From the NCBI GenBank assembly GCA_031409655.1, contig JANNXQ010000013.1, positions 1 through 12,260 on the forward strand: a stretch of 12,260 nt of DNA. The letters run 5' to 3'. This stretch comes from Chthoniobacteraceae bacterium. Lineage in GTDB: Bacteria > Verrucomicrobiota > Verrucomicrobiia > Chthoniobacterales > Chthoniobacteraceae. Made by a program: the position numbers and the translations under genes. Within the stretch, counting starts at the first letter, position 1, and each line of letters opens with the position of its first letter. A model generated the notes under the pieces. That model saw only the letters and a list, made by a program, of their open reading frames with translations, did no database searches and was not told the DNA's origin. Shown here one piece after another: positions 6,973 to 12,260 of the stretch.

Positions 6973-9182
6973 TCCACGCCCACCCACGCGTAATACTCCG
7001 GCACCCCACCGCCGGCATCGACGACTCCCGTGCGGATGAGCACGTTACTCTCCGGCCAGTGGACTTGCAGGTCGCCGCGGGTGATCGGCGCGAGGAAGAC
7101 GTGACCGTCCATAGTGCCCACTTCGCTGCGCAGCCGCACCGGGTCGCCATTCACGAACTGCAGCGCGGCGGCGTCGTCCGCATTCATAAAGACGGCATCG
7201 CGCGCGGCCCCGGTCAGCGGGTCGATCTCGGCGTAGATCAGCGAATTGAACTGCTTACCGCGGCGGGTGCTGATCTTGAATTTGCCGGGTGGGCGCGAGT
7301 TGTCCGGGAGATCGACGGCGTGCAGGCGGGCCTTGCCGTCGGGGAGCGGGAAAATACCGTCCACGCAGAGGTGCGGGCCGCCGTATTGGATGGCGTCGCC
7401 GGTCGCGCGCAGATGCTGGCTGCCTTCGTAGATCGGCACCACGCGGGCGATCTCGTCGCGCACTTTCCAACCGTCTTCACAGCCGAGCAGCGCGGCATCC
7501 GCGGGACGCACCGCAGCGGCGAGGTCGCGCAGGATTTTCCATTCCGCGCGCGCTTCGCCGACTTGACGCGGGATCTCCGGAGAGAAAGCGACCCGACGCT
7601 CCGTGGTCGTCTCAATGCCGCCGTCGTCCTGTTCGTAGCGGGTCTTCGCAGGGAGCAAAATCACCGCCTCCTTCGCGGGGATCAACATCTGGTCGGTGAG
7701 GATGATGTCCTGGTGGACGCGCAACGGCACATTCGCCAGCGCGCGGCGGACGACTTCGGGCTCGGGCAGATTGCGGAGGAAATTTCCGCCCACGCTGTAA
7801 AGCACGTCGAGGTCGCCGCGCGCGGAGGCCTCGACCATTTCGGTGGTGCTCAGCCCGGCGCGGTCGAGGATGGGAAAGCCGTACTCTTTTGCGAGCGCCG
7901 CGGCATTTTCGGCATTGATCGTTTTCCCGCCGGGGAAGGCCGTGGCGTAGCAGCCCATCTCTGCGCCGCCTTGCACCGAGGAGTGGCCGCGGATCGGCAT
8001 GAGCCCGCATTTGTCGCGGCCCACCCAGCCTTTGAGCAGGCCGAGATTCAGGATCATCTGCACCGCCTCCGCGCCGAAGGAATGCTGGGTGATGCCCATG
8101 CTCCAGACGAGCACTCCGGTCTTCGCATCGCGGATGAGTTCGGCGAATTCGCGGATGGCGTCGCGCTTCATCCCCGAGCCCGCCTCGATCTCCTCCCACG
8201 TCACCCCCTTCACCCGCGCGTGCAGTTCAGAAAAACCTTCGACGTGATCCGCGACGAAGCGCTCGTCCTGCCAGCCGCCTTCGAGCACGAGCTTCAGCAC
8301 CCCGTAGAGAAAAGCGATGTCGCCACCCTGCGCCACGGGAAACCAGTAGTCCGCGATGTCCGTGCCGAAGACCGCGCTGCTCGCCGTCGAAGGCACCCAG
8401 TAGCGCTTCATGCCCGGCTCGAGATACGGATTCACCATCACCACGCGCGTGCCGAGGAGCTTCGCTTCGTGGAGATATTTCGTCGTCACGGGCTGATCGT
8501 TCGCCGGGTTCGAGCCGAAGAAAATGAGCAGGTCCGTGCCATACCAATCCTTGTAGCTGCAAGTGCTCGCCGCCACGCCCACCGTGCGCTTCATGGCCGC
8601 GGTGGAAGGTGAATGGCAGATGCGCGCCGCGTTATCCACGTTGTTCGTGCCGATGAAACGCGCCGCCTTTTGCGCCACATAGTACACTTCATTCGTGACC
8701 CCGCGGGCCGTGATGAAAAAGGCCGTGCGATCCGGCACCGAGGCGCGGATTTTCCCCGCGATGCGCTGGATCGCGGCATCCCACGAGATCCGCCGGAAGC
8801 CCCGCTCGCCCGCCTCGCGGATCATCGGATACGCGAGGCGGCCCATTTCGCGGAGCTGGGCGTTGTCGAGTTTCTCAAGCGGCGCGATGTCCGCGAGCTT
8901 CGCCGGATCGAAAGCCGAAACCGTATTCAGCCGCAGCAGATTTAGCCGCGTCATGCAGAGGTGCGTGCCTTTGATCGTCCAATCATGCAGCCCCGCGACC
9001 CCGAGCGCACACCCATCGCAGACCCCACGCGTGATCACCTTCCAAGCATAGGGGAGATTATCCCGATTCCGCCAAACGATCCCGAGCATGTCGCGAAAGT
9101 GCTGCGGCTTCGTCTGCCCGATTCCGAAGGGAATGAGCGCCGTGAGGCGTTCTTTCCAGTTGCGTTCGATGCGGCAGGACAT
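6897..9182 (-). CDS. FdhF/YdeP-family molybdopterin (Mo/W-bisPGD) oxidoreductase
   Basis: 761 aa. GVCDGCALG...HLCMTRL, GRLAYPM, ISWD, TNNVDNAARICHSPS (Cys-His at the position of the FdhF metal ligand), FFGSNPANDQP, WSMGITQH, PIRGHSSVQG, and a C-terminal dinucleotide-binding domain STRRGKQFNS...VFMNADDA. The last ~23 codons are encoded by the inverted repeat. Confidence 0.9.
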   Translation of the reverse strand: MSCRIERNWKERLTALIPFGIGQTKPQHFRDMLGIVWRNRDNLPYAWKVITRGVCDGCALGVAGLHDWTIKGTHLCMTRLNLLRLNTVSAFDPAKLADIAPLEKLDNAQLREMGRLAYPMIREAGERGFRRISWDAAIQRIAGKIRASVPDRTAFFITARGVTNEVYYVAQKAARFIGTNNVDNAARICHSPSTAAMKRTVGVAASTCSYKDWYGTDLLIFFGSNPANDQPVTTKYLHEAKLLGTRVVMVNPYLEPGMKRYWVPSTASSAVFGTDIADYWFPVAQGGDIAFLYGVLKLVLEGGWQDERFVADHVEGFSELHARVKGVTWEEIEAGSGMKRDAIREFAELIRDAKTGVLVWSMGITQHSFGAEAVQMILNLGLLKGWVGRDKCGLMPIRGHSSVQGGAEMGCYATAFPGGKTINAENAAALAKEYGFPILDRAGLSTTEMVEASARGDLDVLYSVGGNFLRNLPEPEVVRRALANVPLRVHQDIILTDQMLIPAKEAVILLPAKTRYEQDDGGIETTTERRVAFSPEIPRQVGEARAEWKILRDLAAAVRPADAALLGCEDGWKVRDEIARVVPIYEGSQHLRATGDAIQYGGPHLCVDGIFPLPDGKARLHAVDLPDNSRPPGKFKISTRRGKQFNSLIYAEIDPLTGAARDAVFMNADDAAALQFVNGDPVRLRSEVGTMDGHVFLAPITRGDLQVHWPESNVLIRTGVVDAGGGVPEYYAWVGVERLGAPPSPCGNVAVAQRATFTGAS

Positions 9183-9290
9183 GGAGTGGAGAGGTCACAG
9201 CATTCGGTTTCCACGCGCAAGGGACAAACGCCGCGAGCGCACTTCGAGCCGCCGTGCCGCAGGGTGGTAGTGAGTCAGTTTGGGACGGCT

Positions 9291-9342
9291 TTGTAGGGCA
9301 ACCGCTCCGGTTGCCGGAACAGGCGGAGCGCCTGCCCTACAA
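9291..9342. repeat. GTAG-type REP doublet (REPIN-like)
   Basis: Plus strand: GTAG-GGCAACCG-CTC-CGGTTGCC (9293-9315). Minus strand from 9340: GTAG-GGCAGGCG-CTC-CGCCTGTT. Outer ends TTGTAGGGCA / TGCCCTACAA form a perfect 10-bp inverted repeat. Confidence 0.8.
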
Positions 9343-9381
9343 TCCGCAGCAATCCGACCCACCACCCGCAGGGTTGGCGGC

Positions 9382-9409
9382 TTTACACCTGTCGGCTGGT
9401 CGCTATACC
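9382..9409 (+). promoter_or_regulatory. Possible sigma70 promoter of the secreted-protein gene
   Basis: TTTACA (9382-9387), 16 nt, TATACC (9404-9409), ending 11 nt before ATG 9421. The -10 box lacks the conserved final T. Confidence 0.3.
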
Positions 9410-9420
9410 CGGTGGCAGCC

Positions 9421-12125
9421 ATGAAGCCCATTTCCCCCCTTCTGCGGCGGCTCGTTGCGGTCGCACTGATGACCGTCGCGACGCGGCTGCCCGCGCAATC
9501 GGTGCCCTTCCTCATCGAGCCGACCGCACCCGCTCCGTCGATGCGCCTCATCTGGCAGACGGAGCCCGGCGTCCGCTACGACCTCTTCCAGTCCACCGAC
9601 CTCCTCTCCTGGACGCACGTCCCCGGCTACCCCGCTGCCGCCGTCGGGCTCTCAAAGGAATACTCCTTCAATCTCGGCCCACGCGGCTTCTTTCGCATCG
9701 TGCCCATCGACGAGCAGCCGCCCGTGGTCGTCGAGCAGTTCCCCGCCGTCGATGGCTTCGCCGTGGGCCGCTTCGCCGATTTCAGCATCCGCCTCGCCGA
9801 CCCGTCCGGGATTGATCCCGCCAGCATCCGGCTCACGGTCGGAGCGAATGCCCCGCTTGCCGTCGGTGCGCCGGGGCTTTCCTTTTCGGGCGGCGTCCTC
9901 ACCTACGATTCCGGCGTGCTGCCGCTCGGCGCATTTGGCCAGACGGTCACCGCGACACTCATCGCCGCGGACACCTTGGGAAACTCCCTCACTCACACCT
10001 GGAGTTTCAAGCTCGAGCCTGCCGCACAAATCACCGGAAACGTCTTCGTCTTTGGTTCTCCTTCGGCCCAGAGCGCCGGCCAGTCCATCGCCGGTCCCAC
10101 CGCCGCCCTCGCCTCCCGTCTTGCTGCTGGCCCGGTGAAGAAGATCGCCGGAGCCAGCGCGTGGTCCATCGAATCCGTCGCCGCAGACCGCATCGTCATC
10201 GCCTACGGCGCGGGCAGCCCTCCCAGCTTCTCCATTGGCCAATCCCTCTGCAACCTGACCCCGGTTAAGATTCAGGAAATCTTCTATCGCCGCGTGCTCT
10301 CCGTGGCCGACGACCCCGGCACATCCCACCTCACCGTCTTCACCGAAGACATCCCGCTCACCGCCCTGGTGCAAAACGGCTCCTCGTCGATCACCGCCGA
10401 ATCGGTCGTCTATGACACCGCGCCCGACGGCACCCTGCTGCTCCCCGCCGCCTTCAGCGGGACGATCACCTTTCCGCGCATCGGCTTCGACCTCTCGGGC
10501 TCGGAGTTGAAGCTGCGCCCCGACGGCTATGAGGCAAAGGTGCTCGGCGTCACCTCTTCTCTCGGCGACGACCCACCTTGGATCGAAATCGAAGCAACGG
10601 AATGGAGCTGGTGGTTCACTCCGCGGTTGCGGGTGTCGCTGGAGATCGGCCTCGGTGGGCTGAAGTCCTTCGAAGCCGTCGCGAGCGGCGACCTTTCGCT
10701 GAACAATGATTTCAATGTGGATGTACTCCTGACCGGTCTGAGTACCGAGACCACCGTCTTCGACCTCCCGAAAAATCTCGAACCCAAGCACGTCATTTAC
10801 CTGGGGCAGATCGGGCTGGTGCCCGTCTATGGACTTCTGGCTTTCGATTTTAAGATCAAGACCAAGGCGGAAGCCCAGGCCGTCATCGACTACTCTTTCA
10901 CCTACCGGCAGGACATCAGCGCCTATTTCGGCCTCACCTATCACGAAAGTTCCGGGCTCGATTGGGTGAAAGGCTTCCAGGCCAGTTCCCCGGATCTGGA
11001 CGCCGATGTCGCGCTCACCGGCAAGTTTTCCCTCGAAGTCCGGCTCGTGCCGGAGCCGCAGTTCCTCGTGTATGGGCTCGCCGGTTTCCTCGTGAATATC
11101 GAGCCGCACGCGGGCATTTCGGTCGAGGCGGGGACCGGCAGTTTCGCGGGCAAACTCGAAGCCGGCGTGGATTTCACCCTCGCCCCCCCGGTCCCGCCTT
11201 TGCCTTTCTACCTGTGGGCACCGAACTCAGCTTCCCCATCTGGGAAGGCGAATGGCCGCTGGTCCCGGAGACACTGGCCTTTACCAGCCACCCGCAGACC
11301 CGCACCGTCGCGACCGGAGCGGACACGTCCTTCACCTGCACCGTGGATGCATCGTCTCCGGCGGCCTTCCAATGGTTCCACAACGGCACCCCGATCCCAA
11401 GCCAGAGCAGCCGCACCTTGTTCCTCTCGCGGGTTAATTCCGGCCACGCCGGCTCGTATTTCGTCCGCGCCACGGCGGGTGGCCTTACCGCGAATTCCAA
11501 CTCCGCAACGCTCACCGCCCAAGTCCCGACTCCCGCGAATACCGACACCGATGGCGACGGACTGACCAATGCGGTGGAGACCAATACCGGCGTGTGGGTG
11601 AGTGCCAGTAACACCGGCACGAACCCAAACAAGTGGGATACTGACGGCGATGGGTTGCGCGACGGCGTCGAGACGCACACTGGCGTCTTCGTCTCACTGA
11701 GTAACACGGGAACCGACCCGAATGATCCCGACACGGACAACGACGGGGTGAACGATAAGACAGAGATCAATGCCGGCACCGATCCCAATGCGCCACCCGT
11801 GCCTGCGGGCATGGCGCTGATTCCGGCGGGGAGTTTCCAGATGGGGAACTCGATGAATGCCGCAGAAGGGTTTAGCGATGAACTGCCGGTGCATACGGTG
11901 TCCGTAAGCGCCTATTATATTGATCGAGTCAAAGTAGCCAAAACTCTTTGGGATGACGTACAAACGTGGGCCGTGATTCACGGATATCTAGACTTGTCAA
12001 GTGCAAATGCGAAAGGTGGTTCACATCCGGTGCATCCAGTTACATGGTATGACGCAGTGAAATGGTGCAATGCGCGCTCCGAGAAGGAGGGGTTAATACC
12101 GTCGTACTATACGAATGACACGCTA
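9421..12125 (+). pseudogene. Secreted multidomain protein (signal peptide, STDLxxW...FFR module, Ig-like domains, beta-rich region, DTDGDG repeats, FGE-sulfatase/SUMF1 domain); frameshifted at the C7 tract and truncated by an IS
   Basis: Starts MKPISPLLRRLVAVALMTVATRLPA|Q (signal-like). The first frame is protein-like up to ...AGVDFTLAP, then the 10962..12140 frame takes over at CCCCCCC 11183-11189 (GPAFAFLPVGTELSFPIWEG...). That frame carries an Ig domain at about 11274-11522 (FTSHPQ...FQWFHNG...AGSYFVRA), DTDGDG repeats, and an FGE N-terminal half from 11811 (MALIPAGSFQMG, ELPVHTV, HPVHPVTWYDAVKWCN). The expected RLPTEAEWE, GNVWEW and GFR motifs are absent; the TAA at 12138-12140 lies inside the putative IS end. 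Confidence 0.82.
11544..11795 (+). repeat. Three DTDxDG (bacterial thrombospondin type-3-like, putative Ca-binding) repeats with a 93-bp period
   Basis: DTDGDGLTNAVETNTGVWVSASNTGTNPNKW (from 11544) / DTDGDGLRDGVETHTGVFVSLSNTGTDPNDP (from 11637) / DTDNDGVNDKTEINAGTDPNAP (from 11730). Confidence 0.88.
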
Positions 12126-12260
12126 TTAATCCGGCAATAAGATAGCACCTTAATGTTGGATGTGCCAAGGTGGAGTGATGAAAGAAGACGGACGTAAGAT
12201 GAGCAAGGAACAGCAAAAGGCTGCACGGCAGCGCGCCATGAAGCTACTCGACTCTGGATG
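12126..12260 (+). mobile_element. Left end of a putative IS630-family insertion sequence
   Basis: FGE similarity stops at a TA (12124-12125), followed by TTAATCCGGCAATAAGATAG (candidate left inverted repeat) and then a new ORF resembling an IS630 transposase N-terminus. IS630/Tc1-mariner elements insert at TA. The right end is outside the window. Confidence 0.7.
12178..12260 (+). CDS. Putative IS630-family transposase, N-terminal 27 codons (partial)
   Basis: AAGGTGGAG (SD-like) precedes ATG 12178. The frame reads MKEDGRKMSKEQQKAARQRAMKLLDSG..., matching the D(G/A)RKL(S)...R.RA..L...G pattern that precedes the HTH in IS630 transposases. Recognised by eye from a short fragment. Confidence 0.68.
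   Translation, partial: MKEDGRKMSKEQQKAARQRAMKLLDSG

Noticed and set aside
8610..8645. Selenocysteine at the FdhF-like active site
   Set aside because: The ligand codon is TGC (Cys) in ARICHS and the ORF has no in-frame TGA.
9267..9284. A further GTAG (GTAGTGAGTCAGTTTGGG) just upstream of the REP doublet
   Set aside because: No hairpin follows and there is no second copy in the window, so it cannot be supported as a REP or element end.
9280..9420. Upstream start of the secreted protein at 9280
   Set aside because: It would translate through the REP doublet and putative promoter; ATG 9421 begins a credible signal peptide.
3991..11109. Long antisense ORFs 3991..5484, 5444..6217, 7059..8612 and 9652..11109
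   Set aside because: Each lies opposite a well-supported gene and has no recognisable motifs; such ORFs are expected at high GC.
11544..11795. 93-bp DNA repeats as a non-coding array or a DGR template/variable repeat pair
   Set aside because: They are in-frame coding repeats whose differences are not restricted to adenines.
11811..12140. Diversity-generating retroelement, or a catalytic formylglycine-generating enzyme
   Set aside because: No reverse transcriptase or template repeat is in the window, and the C-terminal part of the domain that would hold a variable region or catalytic cysteines is absent. Neither can be assessed here.

Overview
GC-rich bacterial window; the gene families suggest Verrucomicrobiota or another PVC bacterium (inference). 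Left, minus strand: a TIGR02999/ECF43-like sigma factor followed by a membrane-anchored Hanks-type Ser/Thr kinase. The kinase C-terminus (TPR, then two blocks of leucine-rich repeats) is missing from the ORF track because of a 1-nt frameshift near 1122 and because it runs off the window edge. The sigma-kinase spacer holds two imperfect copies of a promoter-like motif. Middle: a hicB-hicA toxin-antitoxin pair with an apparently leaderless promoter containing a palindrome, an AGXT2-like class III aminotransferase, a stand-alone pdhC (E2), and a convergent FdhF/YdeP molybdopterin oxidoreductase flanked by two different REP-doublet elements. Right: a secreted multidomain protein (signal peptide, STDLxxW...FFR module, Ig-like domains, DTDGDG repeats, FGE-sulfatase domain). 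It has a frameshift at a C7 tract and a low-GC distal domain, and is cut off by what looks like the left end of an IS630 element inserted at a TA. The two 1-nt deletions may be sequencing errors. No CRISPR array, rRNA, tRNA or reverse transcriptase was seen.
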